A DNA stretch of 64,000 nt from Deltaproteobacteria bacterium (GCA_031275645.1 JAISOL010000070.1:33165-97164); one strand, 5' to 3'; shown: positions 1 to 13,349, numbered from the stretch's first letter. Program-made: numbers and translations. Notes: generated from the sequence alone by a model not told the origin.

Positions 1-2257
1 TGGAGCCTATCACCCGGCCGGTCTTCCGGGTGACTTTAAAATTGGCCACGCCTCTCCCTCCGCGGGATTGGAGACGATAAAGCTCCATTTTGCTGCGTTT
101 GCCGTAGCCGTTGGCGGATACGGTCATAATGGCGGCCGAGCTGTCATCCTTGCGCATGGTCACGCAGGAGACCACGCGATCGTCGTTGCGCAGGGCTATG
201 CCTTTTACCCCGGCGGCGGCGCGGCCCATGCAGCGCACCTCCGGACAGGTGAAGCGTATGGCCATGCCCTGCTCCGTGGTCAAGACAACGTGGTTGTCGT
301 CATCCACCTCGCGCACGGCGATAAGCTCGTCGTCTCCGCGCATCCCCAGAGCCTGGATGCCGCCTTTGCGGTTTCTGGCGTAGAGCTGGGTTTCGGAGCG
401 CTTGACCATGCCCTTTCTGGTGGCGAAGAGAAAGGACTTTTCCGGCGTAAAATCGCGGACGCTCAGAATTGTGGCCACATTCTCATCCTTTTCCAGAGGC
501 AGAAGGTTGGCTATATGCGCTCCTTTGGCCGTGCGGCTCCCTTCCGGCACCTGATGGGCCTTAATCTGGTGCATGTGGCCGCGGTTGGTGAAAACCAGCA
601 AATAGCGGTGGCTGGAGGTGGTGAGCATATCCTGCACAAAATCGTCCTCGCCGGTATGCAGACCGGCAATTCCCTTGCCGCCGCGCTTCTGCTGGTGGTA
701 GCTGTCCAAGGTGGTGCGCTTGATGTAGCCGCGGCGGGAGAGGGTTATCACGACTTCCTCGTCGGGAATGAGATCTTCGGGCTCTATGCTTTCAAGGTTC
801 TCCCGCACAATCTCGCTGCGCCTGGGCGTGGCGAAGCCGGTTTTAATCCTGTTCAGCTCGTCCCGTATGACCCCGCGCAGCACTTCCTCCTGCTCCAGAA
901 CGGATTTGAAATAAGCAATATTTTTAAGGAGATCGTTATATTCTTCCAGTAATTTTTCCCGTTCCAGACCGGTTAGTCTTTGCAGGCGCATGTTCAAAAT
1001 GGCCTGGGTCTGGGCCTCGCTGAAGGCAAAGCGCAGAATGAGCCTTTCTCCGGCCTCGGACGGGCTTTTTGAAGAGCGGATCAGGCTTACCACTTCGTCG
1101 ATGTTATCCAGGGCTTTTTGCAGGCCTTCCAGAATATGCGCTCTTCCTTCGGCCTCCTTGAGATCGAAGCGCGTTCTCCTGATGACGACTTCGCGCCTGT
1201 GTTCAAGAAAAATTTTCAGGGCGCTCCTGAGCGTGAGCAGTTGCGGCCGGTTGTTGACCACGGCCAGCATGTTGTAGCCAAAAGACATTTCCAGGGGAGT
1301 GAATTTGTAGAGGGAATTGATCACGATCTCCGGGATGACCCCGCGCCTCAGGTCCAGAACCACGCGTATGCCGGCATGGTTGGACTCGTCGCGCACATCC
1401 GTGATTCCGTCAATTTTGCGATCGTTGACCAGAAGGGCGATTTTTTTGACCAGTTCAGCCTTGTTCACGCCATAGGGAATTTCACGGATAACAAGGGCTT
1501 CTCCGCTTTTCCCGCGGGTTTCCTCTTCAATGCGGCCCCTTATTTTCACGGAGCCCCGCCCCGTTTCAAAGGCCTCCCGCAGTCCCCCGCCCACATAGAC
1601 GAAGCCGCCCGTGGGGAAATCCGGGCCTTTGACATGGGTCATCAGCTCCGCGCTCCGGCAGTCCGGATGGTCCAGAAGCAGAATCAGGGCGTCGCACAAT
1701 TCTCCCAGATTATGGGGCGGAATATTTGTGGCCATGCCCACGGCTATGCCCGACGAGCCGTTGAGCAGCAGATTGGGAACCCTGGAGGGCAGAACCTCCG
1801 GCTCTTTAAGGGTGTTGGAGAAATTGGGGCGGAAGTCCACCGTGTCTTTGTCTATATCGCTCAGAAACTCCTCGGCCAGACGGGTCATGCGCACCTCGGT
1901 GTAACGCATGGCCGCCGGGGGATCGTCGTCTATGGAGCCGAAATTGCCCTGCCCGTCTTCCAGGGGATCCCGCATGGAAAAATCCTGGGCCATGCGCACA
2001 AGAGCGTCGTAAATGGACGCGTCCCCGTGCGGATGGTATTTGCCCATTACCTCTCCCACCACCGTGGCGGACTTGGTATGCGGGCTGGAATGGTAATTGG
2101 ACATCTTCTTCTGGGCGTAAAGAATGCGCCGGTGTACCGGCTTCAGCCCGTCGCGGGCGTCGGGAATGGCCCGGCCGATGATGACGGAAAGCGAATACTC
2201 CAGATATGATTTGCGCAGCTCTTTTTCGATGCTGATTTGATTCTGTTCTTCAGACAC
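1..2257 (-). CDS. gyrA: DNA gyrase subunit A. The N-terminal ~750 aa are present; the 3' end runs off the left edge of the window.
   Basis: Reverse-strand translation from GTG at 2257 (alternative GTG at 2266) reads [44 protein letters not shown]... and contains the AAMRYTEVR active-site Tyr region. It is absent from the ORF track only because no stop lies in the window. The + ORFs 68-952 and 1118-2209 are its antisense shadows. Confidence 0.93.
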   Translation of the reverse strand, partial: MSEEQNQISIEKELRKSYLEYSLSVIIGRAIPDARDGLKPVHRRILYAQKKMSNYHSSPHTKSATVVGEVMGKYHPHGDASIYDALVRMAQDFSMRDPLEDGQGNFGSIDDDPPAAMRYTEVRMTRLAEEFLSDIDKDTVDFRPNFSNTLKEPEVLPSRVPNLLLNGSSGIAVGMATNIPPHNLGELCDALILLLDHPDCRSAELMTHVKGPDFPTGGFVYVGGGLREAFETGRGSVKIRGRIEEETRGKSGEALVIREIPYGVNKAELVKKIALLVNDRKIDGITDVRDESNHAGIRVVLDLRRGVIPEIVINSLYKFTPLEMSFGYNMLAVVNNRPQLLTLRSALKIFLEHRREVVIRRTRFDLKEAEGRAHILEGLQKALDNIDEVVSLIRSSKSPSEAGERLILRFAFSEAQTQAILNMRLQRLTGLEREKLLEEYNDLLKNIAYFKSVLEQEEVLRGVIRDELNRIKTGFATPRRSEIVRENLESIEPEDLIPDEEVVITLSRRGYIKRTTLDSYHQQKRGGKGIAGLHTGEDDFVQDMLTTSSHRYLLVFTNRGHMHQIKAHQVPEGSRTAKGAHIANLLPLEKDENVATILSVRDFTPEKSFLFATRKGMVKRSETQLYARNRKGGIQALGMRGDDELIAVREVDDDNHVVLTTEQGMAIRFTCPEVRCMGRAAAGVKGIALRNDDRVVSCVTMRKDDSSAAIMTVSANGYGKRSKMELYRLQSRGGRGVANFKVTRKTGRVIGS

Positions 2258-2299
2258 GGCTTGCACCTTGTTTGTTTATTCCGGGGAAAAGCTTTTTCG

Positions 2300-5922
<3,623 letters not shown>

Positions 5923-6201
5923 ATAAATCTCCCTAGTAGTTGAAGAAGGTTTTGAAACTTTGGTCGTATTTAAGTTAATAGCTTAATTTTTGTAAATATT
6001 TTTTTAATAATAAGTTACATTTGAAGTAACGCTTTTTCTTTATTCAGGCGGAGATATGAAAAAAATTTCGCCTTTCCTGGAATTTTTTTTACTTTTTAAA
6101 CCTTTTTGTTCGTCTTTTTGTTAATATATAAGGTAATAACTTGTATTTATTAAAAAAATAAATTTAAGCCGCCGGGCTGGAATTTCCTGCCCCATGTCCA
6201 G

Positions 6202-6224
6202 GCCTGAGACTGCCTGAGACTGCC
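6202..6224. repeat. Tandem 10-mer (gcctgagact x2.3) inside a small GC island within the AT-rich dnaN upstream region
   Basis: Read directly: gcctgagact gcctgagact gcc. Confidence 0.9.
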
Positions 6225-6339
6225 GCCGCCTGGGGTTTAATAGTATAATTTACCCTGAAAACTCTTGAAAAGCTATAAAAAAAAAATTAGATATACTTAT
6301 CGATTACTTTACTTTTTCTCAGGTATTCCCGCCGGCTAA

Positions 6340-7317
6340 ATGGAGCTCTATATGGCTGAAACTACTTTTACGCACAAGGATATTTCCAGAAAAACGGGTG
6401 TTTCCGAGACAACAATCAAGAGTTACAGGCGTAAATTTCCAGGTTGTTTTCCCGTGGCCAGCCAGGGCAAGCCCATTCGTTTCGCTCCCGAAGCCGCGGC
6501 CGTGGCCCTGCGCATACGCGATTTGTTCGCTTCCGGCATGTCTGTCGAGGAAATTTCCCTGCGTCTGGAAGATGATTTCGAGTGGTTTTCCCGTGAAAAA
6601 GGAAGTTCGGAGGATAGAAAAGATTCCGAGCGCAACGGGCTGAGATCCGAGCTCAACCGCAACGTGGCGGCGGCTTTGGGAAGCATGACCAAAAGCCTTG
6701 TCAGCCTGCATCAGCAGCAGAAGTCCATTCTGGAATATATGAAAAGGCTGGAATATATGCTCGCGGATCTCGGGCTTAAGGGCTTTGACGCTGAAAAGGC
6801 GGAGTATATGCGGAAGGAAAATCTTTCCTGCGAGGAATTTTTCAGTAAAATTATGCAGGAATTGCTTTTCTTGAAGTCTTTCTTTTCCATTTCTGAAAAA
6901 AAACAAAGAGAGCCTGTTTTCAGGCAGGCGGAGGCTGATCCGCCGGAATTTCCAAGGCGCCTTCTCTCGCTGCCCCTGGTCATGCGCAACGAAGAGGGAG
7001 TTTATCTCAACGCCGGGGGAAGAAGCCATGGAACCTTGTCCATCAACGATCTCAAGGCTCTTTTGTTGCAGAACTTCCCTTTCCCGAAAAATTTTACCCT
7101 TGCCTGGGAGTATGAAATTGAAGGATGGTGGGTGAGCTTTTCACAAAAGGACCTCCCACCTTCCCTGGAAGGAGAGAGTATTTCCCTTCAGGTGGACGAG
7201 ATTTCATCCGCGCGGGGTACAAAACTGCTGGAAGTCCGTCTTTACCGCCATAATAATTCTCTTCGCCCGGTAACGGAGTTGATCGGTTTTATTACTGATT
7301 TCAGCGGAAATCAGTAA
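6340..7317 (+). CDS. MerR/excisionase-type HTH protein with a coiled-coil middle and an unrecognised C-terminal domain
   Basis: The N-terminus FTHKDISRKTGVSETTIKSYRRKF fits the MerR-superfamily HTH pattern. The start is ATG 6340 or ATG 6352. I recognise no family for the C-terminal ~130 aa. The ORF 6319-7029 on the opposite strand is an antisense shadow. Confidence 0.6.
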   Translation: MELYMAETTFTHKDISRKTGVSETTIKSYRRKFPGCFPVASQGKPIRFAPEAAAVALRIRDLFASGMSVEEISLRLEDDFEWFSREKGSSEDRKDSERNGLRSELNRNVAAALGSMTKSLVSLHQQQKSILEYMKRLEYMLADLGLKGFDAEKAEYMRKENLSCEEFFSKIMQELLFLKSFFSISEKKQREPVFRQAEADPPEFPRRLLSLPLVMRNEEGVYLNAGGRSHGTLSINDLKALLLQNFPFPKNFTLAWEYEIEGWWVSFSQKDLPPSLEGESISLQVDEISSARGTKLLEVRLYRHNNSLRPVTELIGFITDFSGNQ

Positions 7318-7328
7318 ATAAGTGAATT

Positions 7329-7360
7329 CGCCCCCGCGGACCTGCGAATCCGTGGGGGCG
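7329..7360. terminator. GC-rich hairpin between convergent genes; possible bidirectional terminator
   Basis: cgcccccgcgga / tccgtgggggcg form a 12-bp stem with one G-T pair and an 8-nt loop. There is no clean T-run on either side. Confidence 0.4.
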
Positions 7361-7384
7361 CCTGCCTGGTAAACAAAGCGCGTC

Positions 7385-7915
7385 CTATCTGTGCCGCGGG
7401 CCTCTCCAATCCCGGCCGCCGTAATCGCAGTCGCGCAATTCGTGCCTGTGCCCGCCCGGAAAGAACTTTCCGCCGCCGAGCAAAGCCTGAGCCTGTCTGG
7501 ATTTGAGCCCGAGATCCTTCTGCATGGTTCCGGCTGTTGACGAACGCAGATCAAAAAGCTTGTCCCGCAGCGTCTTTATGTCATTGACCAGGGAACTTAT
7601 CATTTTCGGCTCGGTTTTGGGATTATCGGCCAGGTAATCCAGTTCCATCTTTTTGGCCGCGAGATCGCCGTAAAGAGCGCGCTCTTTTTCCCGGAAAGCT
7701 TCCATGATTTTACCCAGAACCGCTTCCTGTTCCGGCGTGAAGTCAGGAAGCCGGCCGCCTCTTTCCCCTTCTTCATAGGCTCCGGGTCCGCCGCAGCCGT
7801 AGGCCGGGCCGTCGGATTCCGTTTCTCCGCGCCACGGTCTGGCCTGGGACAACAGGGGAAGCGCCGTCAACATGGCCACTGTCAAGGCAAAAATAATTAC
7901 TGTGCGTTTTTTCAT
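7385..7915 (-). CDS. Periplasmic Spy/CpxP/ZraP-family protein (LTxxQ-type)
   Basis: Signal peptide MKKRTVIIFALTVAMLTALPLLSQA, an FTPEQEAVL motif, a helical repeat region, and a His/Arg-rich tail. Confidence 0.6.
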   Translation of the reverse strand: MKKRTVIIFALTVAMLTALPLLSQARPWRGETESDGPAYGCGGPGAYEEGERGGRLPDFTPEQEAVLGKIMEAFREKERALYGDLAAKKMELDYLADNPKTEPKMISSLVNDIKTLRDKLFDLRSSTAGTMQKDLGLKSRQAQALLGGGKFFPGGHRHELRDCDYGGRDWRGPRHR

Positions 7916-8239
7916 TTTATTTTCTCCAGTTTCAAGTCCGGCTTTTCTGAATTACACCGGAAGGCTTGTCTAATCCATCTAGCAAAAGCTATGCTGGAAA
8001 TAATATTATTTATTTATTTTATATAGTTATATTCAGGGAAGCTCCAGGCTTTTCTGTTTTTTTGCACAAAAGTGCAAAAAATTTCATTTATAAGGCGGAG
8101 GCGCTGCACTTGCCTGTGGAGCTTAAAAAGGCTTAAAAGGTATATCCGCTCCACAGGGTTTTGCCCGCGGATCTTAAGCATTTTAACTTTAAGACGCTCA
8201 TCCGGACGGAATCTTTTCCGGAGAACAGAGGAATTTCAG

Positions 8240-10507
8240 ATGGAGAAACCTGTCAATTTAAAGCCTGTATCCTTGAATCCCAATGCCGCGGTTGTGCTGG
8301 CCAAGCGTTATTACAGAAAGGGAAAGGACGGAGAGCCTCTGGAGGATGCCCGGGACTTGTTCTGGCGCGTGGCTTCAAGCATTGCCGGAGAAGAGGGGAA
8401 ATACGCGCGTTCCCCCTTTAAAGCCGGGGATCTGGCTGTGGAATTCTATACGCTGATGACCGATTGGAAATTTCTGCCCAATTCCCCCACGCTGATGAAC
8501 GCCGGAACCGGGTTGGGACAGCTTTCCGCCTGTTTTGTCCTGCCGGTGGGAGATTCCATTGAGGAAATTTTTGACGCGGTCAAATACGCGGCCATGATTC
8601 ACAAATCCGGCGGAGGCACCGGCTTTTCCTTTTCGCGCCTGCGTCCCAGGGATAGCCTGGTCGGGACCACCGGCGGGGTGGCTTCCGGCCCCTTGTCCTT
8701 TTTGCGCATCTTCAATACCGCCACAGAGCAGATCAAGCAGGGGGGAACCAGGCGGGGCGCCAATATGGGTATATTACGCGTCGATCATCCGGATATACTC
8801 GATTTTATCCGGGCCAAGGAACGCGAGGGGGAGTTCAACAATTTCAACCTCTCCGTGGCCCTGACCGAGCTTTTTATGCAGGCGGCGGGCAGGAGGGAGG
8901 ATTACGCCCTTCTGAACCCGGCTACAGGGAAAGAAAGCGGCAGACTGAACGCGGGAGAAGTTTTTGACCTCCTGATCCTGAAGGCCTGGGAGAGCGGCGA
9001 TCCCGGCATTGTCTTCATCGACCGCATAAACCGCGATAATCCCACTCCGGATCAGGGTGAAATCGAGTCCACCAATCCCTGCGGAGAACAGCCCTTGCTG
9101 CCTTTTGAGGCCTGCAACCTCGGCTCCATAAACCTTTCCCGCTTTTATCTCCAGGACGGTACAGACTCCGGAGGCAAAGATTCCGCGGCTAAGCTTTCTT
9201 CCATAGCCTGGGACGAGCTCAGACGTTGCGTCCATCTGGCCGTTCGTTTCTTGGACAATGTGGTGGACGCCTCCTCCTTTCCCCTGCCCCAGATCAGCGA
9301 AAAAGTGCGCGCCAACCGTAAAATCGGCCTCGGAGTCATGGGCTGGGCCGATCTCCTTTATCAGTTGGAGATTCCCTATGACAGCCAGGAGGCCCTGAAT
9401 CTGGCCGAAAAGGTCATGTCCTTTATCAGGGAGGAAAGCCGGGCAGCTTCCGGGCAGCTGGCTCTGGAGCGCGGGCCTTTCCCGGCCTACGAGCGGTCGT
9501 TTTTCAGGGAAAAAAATCTCGGCCCCTTCCGCAACGCCACCCTCACCACCATAGCCCCCACCGGGACTCTTTCCATTCTCGCCGGCTGTTCCTCCGGCAT
9601 TGAGCCTCTCTTTGCCCTCAGCTTCAGCCGCAAGGTGATGGATAATGAAAATCTGACGGAGACGAACCCCTTTTTTGAACAGGCCTTGGAGCGCCACCGG
9701 CTCAAGACTCCGGAACTCCTGCGAAAAGCCGCTGAAAAAGGGAGCCTGGCCTCCCTTGACGAAGTTCCGGAACATCTCCGCCGGGTCTTTGTCACAGCTA
9801 TGGATATAGAATCTTCCTGGCATCTGCGTATGCAGTCCTCTTTTCAACTGTATACCGATAATGCCGTTTCCAAAACCGTAAACTTGCCGAACAGCGCCGG
9901 AGTTGGGGAGGTCGCCCGCATTTATTGGCTGGCCTATGAATTGGGCTGCAAGGGCGTCACTGTATACCGGGACGGCTGTAAAAGCGCCCAGGTGCTCTAT
10001 GCCGGCGGAACCGGCCAAAAGCGGAGCGCGGACGCGGAAAAAATCGATAAGCGAGCGGTGCGCGAGCGGCCGGACGTGGTCCGCGGCATTACCCGGAAAG
10101 TGAATACGGGGCACGGCAAAATGTATGTGACCATAAACGAGCTGGATGGGAAACCCTTTGAGCTTTTCGCCACCATCGGCAAATCCGGACGCTCCACTAT
10201 GGCCAAGGCCGAGGCCATAGGGAGGTTGATCTCCCTTGCCCTGCGTTCCGGCATAGAAGTCAGGGATATCGTCAACCAGATAAAGGGCATAGGCGGAGAT
10301 ATGCCGGTATTTCAGCAGGGGAAGGCCGACGGACAGATACGCTCCATCCCCGACGCCATAGCCTGGGTTCTGGAAAACAGCTATCTGCGCCCGGAGAACG
10401 CCGCCGGCGGGGATTTGCGCAGCTATTGCCCGGAGTGCGACGCTCCCCTGCGTTTTGTCGAAGGCTGCTATCTTTGCCCGGATTGCGGCTTCAGCCGCTG
10501 CTCCTGA
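8240..10507 (+). CDS. nrdJ: Class II (adenosylcobalamin-dependent) ribonucleotide reductase
   Basis: 755 aa from ATG 8240, with the RBS gagaacagagg upstream. It has the active-site loop TNPCGEQPLLPFEACNLGSINL and a C-terminal Cys-rich ribbon (CPECDAPLRFVEGCYLCPDCGFSRCS). The track start at 8072 lies in the 5' leader and is rejected. Confidence 0.88.
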   Translation: MEKPVNLKPVSLNPNAAVVLAKRYYRKGKDGEPLEDARDLFWRVASSIAGEEGKYARSPFKAGDLAVEFYTLMTDWKFLPNSPTLMNAGTGLGQLSACFVLPVGDSIEEIFDAVKYAAMIHKSGGGTGFSFSRLRPRDSLVGTTGGVASGPLSFLRIFNTATEQIKQGGTRRGANMGILRVDHPDILDFIRAKEREGEFNNFNLSVALTELFMQAAGRREDYALLNPATGKESGRLNAGEVFDLLILKAWESGDPGIVFIDRINRDNPTPDQGEIESTNPCGEQPLLPFEACNLGSINLSRFYLQDGTDSGGKDSAAKLSSIAWDELRRCVHLAVRFLDNVVDASSFPLPQISEKVRANRKIGLGVMGWADLLYQLEIPYDSQEALNLAEKVMSFIREESRAASGQLALERGPFPAYERSFFREKNLGPFRNATLTTIAPTGTLSILAGCSSGIEPLFALSFSRKVMDNENLTETNPFFEQALERHRLKTPELLRKAAEKGSLASLDEVPEHLRRVFVTAMDIESSWHLRMQSSFQLYTDNAVSKTVNLPNSAGVGEVARIYWLAYELGCKGVTVYRDGCKSAQVLYAGGTGQKRSADAEKIDKRAVRERPDVVRGITRKVNTGHGKMYVTINELDGKPFELFATIGKSGRSTMAKAEAIGRLISLALRSGIEVRDIVNQIKGIGGDMPVFQQGKADGQIRSIPDAIAWVLENSYLRPENAAGGDLRSYCPECDAPLRFVEGCYLCPDCGFSRCS

Positions 10508-10534
10508 GCCTGCCCGCTCCGCCCTGCCGCCTTT

Positions 10535-11572
10535 TCAAAGCCAGCGCTCCAACGGAATTGTCCGGACGCCGGCTATGGCTTCGGCTATTTTCAGGACGCT
10601 GGTAGTGGCCGCGCCTACTTCGGCCACAACGTTGCCGGCGGCGAAATTGGCGATTATGCAGGCTTCGGTCATATCCAGGCCCGAGGCCAGACCCAGGGCC
10701 AGAGCGGCGATGACCGTATCTCCGGCTCCGCTTACGTCAAAGACTTCTCTGGCGGTTGTGGGCAGGTGCAGTATATATTGCGGGCTCTGAAACAGAGCCA
10801 TGCCTCCGGGGCCCAAAGTGGTCAGAAGCCGGCGGCAGCGGATTTTTCTGAAAATAGCCTGTCCGGCGGCAATGATCTCCTCTTTGCTGCGCACGGGTAA
10901 ACCGGCGGCTTCGCCTGTTTCCTGGGTATTGGGGGTGAGGAGATCAACCCGCCTGTAAAGCGGAACATTGCGGGTTTTGGGATCCACCAGGATTTGCACT
11001 TTTTTCTGCCCGTAGCGCCTGCGGATTTTATGTATTCCCTCCAGGACAGTTTTGTTTACGACTCCCTTGTTGTAGTCGGAAATGACAAGCACCCCCCCCT
11101 GTTCCGGCCAGGAGGCCTCGATTTTTTCCAGAACGCGCCGACTGTCCTCTTCTTCCATAGGGGAGCAGTCTTCGCGATCTATGCGCAGAAGCTGCTGCCC
11201 TCTGGCCATGACTCTGGTTTTGGTGGCTACAGGCCGGCCCTGAAGGGTAATTATATCCGCCTTGATTCCTTCCCGGCTCAGGATCCGAAAGAATTTTTCG
11301 CTGTGCTGCCCGTCGCCGCAGGCGCTGACGAGTTTAGGCCGGCCTCCCAGAGCGCTGACGTTGCGGGCCACGTTGCCCGCTCCTCCCAGCATGAAGCGTT
11401 CTTCCTCAATAAGCACCACCGGTACCGGCGCCTCGGGTGAAATGCGCCCGGCGTCACCCAGCAGGTACTGATCCAGCATCACGTCGCCCAGAATGAGCAC
11501 CTCGCTTCCCTCAAGGCGGGGGAGGCAGGAGAGTATGCGCTCCGGGGCAAAAGAATCCGAAAGGGCATCCAC
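10535..11572 (-). CDS. rfaE: D-glycero-beta-D-manno-heptose-7-phosphate kinase (RfaE domain I, PfkB family)
   Basis: VLILGDVMLDQYLLGDAGRISPEAPVPVV, GGAGNVARNV and the C-terminal DVSGAGDTVIAAL motif. The start lies 1 nt after the parB stop. Confidence 0.78.
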   Translation of the reverse strand: MDALSDSFAPERILSCLPRLEGSEVLILGDVMLDQYLLGDAGRISPEAPVPVVLIEEERFMLGGAGNVARNVSALGGRPKLVSACGDGQHSEKFFRILSREGIKADIITLQGRPVATKTRVMARGQQLLRIDREDCSPMEEEDSRRVLEKIEASWPEQGGVLVISDYNKGVVNKTVLEGIHKIRRRYGQKKVQILVDPKTRNVPLYRRVDLLTPNTQETGEAAGLPVRSKEEIIAAGQAIFRKIRCRRLLTTLGPGGMALFQSPQYILHLPTTAREVFDVSGAGDTVIAALALGLASGLDMTEACIIANFAAGNVVAEVGAATTSVLKIAEAIAGVRTIPLERWL

Positions 11573-11573
11573 C

Positions 11574-12554
11574 TTAAAACTCCGCCTGAATGCCGATTTT
11601 TTTCAGCAGCCGCGCCAATTCCTCTTTACTGGAATAACTTATGCTCACTTTGCCCCGGCCTTCGCCGCCGCTGATTTTGACGGGCAGACAGACGCTGGCC
11701 TCCATCCTGCTCTGCAGCTCCAGAAGAACGGCGCTCTGAGGAAGTCTGGCCCTGGCCGGGGAGGCGGAGAGGGAGGAGTCCGGCTTTTCCGCTTCTTCCT
11801 CCGGAGCGGCGCTGTCCCGGCCTTCAGATTCCCTGTCTTCATCCTCCGGGGAGAGGGAGCTTTTGGCTCTGGCGGTTTTTTGCAGGGCGGCCAGCCCTTC
11901 GGCCTCGCGCACATTGAGCTTTTCCGCCAGAATGCGGCCGAGGAGAGAGTCTCTCTCCCCGGAGTTTTCCAGGGAAAGCAGGGTTCTGGCATGTCCGGCG
12001 CTGATTTTTCCTTCTTTCAGGGCCTGCTGAGCCGCGCCGCTCAAATGAAGCAGGCGCAGGCTGTTGGCTATGGCGCTGCGGCTTTTGCCCAGAGCGCGGG
12101 CCAGATCCTCCTGGCTCAGCCCAAAATCCTCCTTGAGCCGGCGCAGGCCCAGGGCCTCCTCCAGCGGGTTCAGATCCTCGCGCTGCAGATTTTCCACCAG
12201 GGCCGCGGCCAGGGTTTCCTGATCGGAAAGTTCCCGGCTTATCACGGGAACTTCGTGCAAGCCGGCCAATCTGGCGGCCCGCCAGCGCCGTTCTCCGGCG
12301 ACGATTTCATATTCTCCGGGATGATCGTATCCGAGAGGGCGCACCAGGATAGGCTGCAGCATGCCCTGGCTGCGTATGGATTCAGCCAGGCCGTCCAGAG
12401 ATCCCTGGTCAAAATCCCGGCGCGGTTGCCTGGGGTTCGGCTTCAGAGCCTCCAGGGAGAGATATTGCGCCTGGGCCGGAGTTTTCGCCTTGTCGGCGTC
12501 ATTCTGGAAGAGGGCATCCAGTCCGCGGCCCAGCCCTTTATGATTTGCAGCCAT
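11574..12554 (-). CDS. parB: Chromosome partitioning protein ParB (Spo0J)
   Basis: MAANHKGLGRGLDALF, the GERRWRAA box and the HTH region SQEDLARALGKSRSAIANSLRLL. Confidence 0.93.
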   Translation of the reverse strand: MAANHKGLGRGLDALFQNDADKAKTPAQAQYLSLEALKPNPRQPRRDFDQGSLDGLAESIRSQGMLQPILVRPLGYDHPGEYEIVAGERRWRAARLAGLHEVPVISRELSDQETLAAALVENLQREDLNPLEEALGLRRLKEDFGLSQEDLARALGKSRSAIANSLRLLHLSGAAQQALKEGKISAGHARTLLSLENSGERDSLLGRILAEKLNVREAEGLAALQKTARAKSSLSPEDEDRESEGRDSAAPEEEAEKPDSSLSASPARARLPQSAVLLELQSRMEASVCLPVKISGGEGRGKVSISYSSKEELARLLKKIGIQAEF

Positions 12555-12560
12555 TTGTCT

Positions 12561-13349
12561 TTACTCCTTGCCGCTCTTTGGCCTGGGCGGTTTACGCAAA
12601 ATAACTTCCTTGGCCAGGGCCAGATAGGCTTCGGCGCCTTTGGATTTTACATCATAATGAATAATGGATTTTCCGTGACTGGGGGCTTCGGACAACCTGA
12701 CGTTGCGCGGCACCACGGTTTCCATAAGTTGATCCGCCAGATATTTGCGCACTTCGTTTTTGACCTGGCGGGCCAGATTATTGCGGCTGTCATACATGGT
12801 CAGCACAACGCCCAGGATATGCAAGTGCGGATTCAGGCGTTTTTTTACCTTTTCCGTGGTTTGAATGAGTTTGACAATGCCCTCCAGAGCAAAGAATTCG
12901 CATTGCAGGGGAATAAGAAGTTCCTTGGCCGCGCACAATGAATTTAAAGTAATCAGTCCCAGGGAGGGGGGGCAATCCAGCAGAATATACTCATAATCGC
13001 TTTCAATATTTTTCAGAACTTCCTCCAGAAATTTTTCGCGCTCCAGTTCTTTTACCAGTTCCAGTTCTACCGCCACCAGATCCGTGGAGGAAGGAAGAAC
13101 GGAAAGAAAGGGTATGCTGGTGGAAAGAACGGCTTTAGGGGCTTCTTCCGGAGAAAAGAAGACGGTATAGAGGTTTTCTTTAAGTTTCTGGTGCTCCAGC
13201 CCCAGTCCGCTACTAGCGTTGGCCTGGGGATCGCAATCCACCAGCAGGACCTTTTTTTCCATAACCGCCAGAGAGGCCGCCAGATTTATGGCAGTGGTCG
13301 TTTTGCCCACACCGCCCTTCTGGTTGGCAATCGCAATGATTCTGGCCAC
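12561..13349 (-). CDS. parA: Chromosome partitioning ATPase ParA (Soj)
   Basis: Deviant Walker A motif IAIANQKGGVGKTTTAINLA, then VLLVDCDPQANAS. It sits 6 nt upstream of parB. Confidence 0.93.
   Translation of the reverse strand: MARIIAIANQKGGVGKTTTAINLAASLAVMEKKVLLVDCDPQANASSGLGLEHQKLKENLYTVFFSPEEAPKAVLSTSIPFLSVLPSSTDLVAVELELVKELEREKFLEEVLKNIESDYEYILLDCPPSLGLITLNSLCAAKELLIPLQCEFFALEGIVKLIQTTEKVKKRLNPHLHILGVVLTMYDSRNNLARQVKNEVRKYLADQLMETVVPRNVRLSEAPSHGKSIIHYDVKSKGAEAYLALAKEVILRKPPRPKSGKE

Noticed and set aside
68-2209. Plus-strand ORFs 68-952 and 1118-2209, listed in the track where no minus-strand ORF is shown
   Set aside because: The minus strand encodes gyrA. It is missing from the track only because its stop lies outside the window. 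The plus-strand ORFs are its antisense frames.
6056-6124. 22-codon hydrophobic mini-ORF (MKKISPFLEFFLLFKPFCSSFC) in the dnaN upstream region; possible small membrane peptide or type I toxin
   Set aside because: It is very short and lies in a T-rich tract that trivially encodes Phe/Leu. The GGAG is only 2 nt from the ATG. I have no way to test conservation here.
5923-6339. Calling this AT-rich gap oriC
   Set aside because: I found no DnaA-box-like 9-mers and no adjacent dnaA. AT-richness alone is also expected for the divergent promoters. It is kept as a question in the findings, not as a feature.
8072-8239. 5' extension of the nrdJ ORF. Similar track extensions: livK 18789, recJ 32750, hynB 34816, nifH 37724, nifK 40826, nifV-alpha 46929, the last nif ORF 47921, xdhC-like to 60003, and MoeA-like to 60893.
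   Set aside because: The extensions run through leaders or upstream genes, lack homology-like sequence and have no RBS. Internal ATG codons preceded by good Shine-Dalgarno sequences give N-termini typical of each family.
7916-8239. Cobalamin riboswitch upstream of the B12-dependent nrdJ
   Set aside because: I found no B12-box-like element or the multi-stem architecture, only one palindrome and one hairpin. It should still be checked with Rfam.
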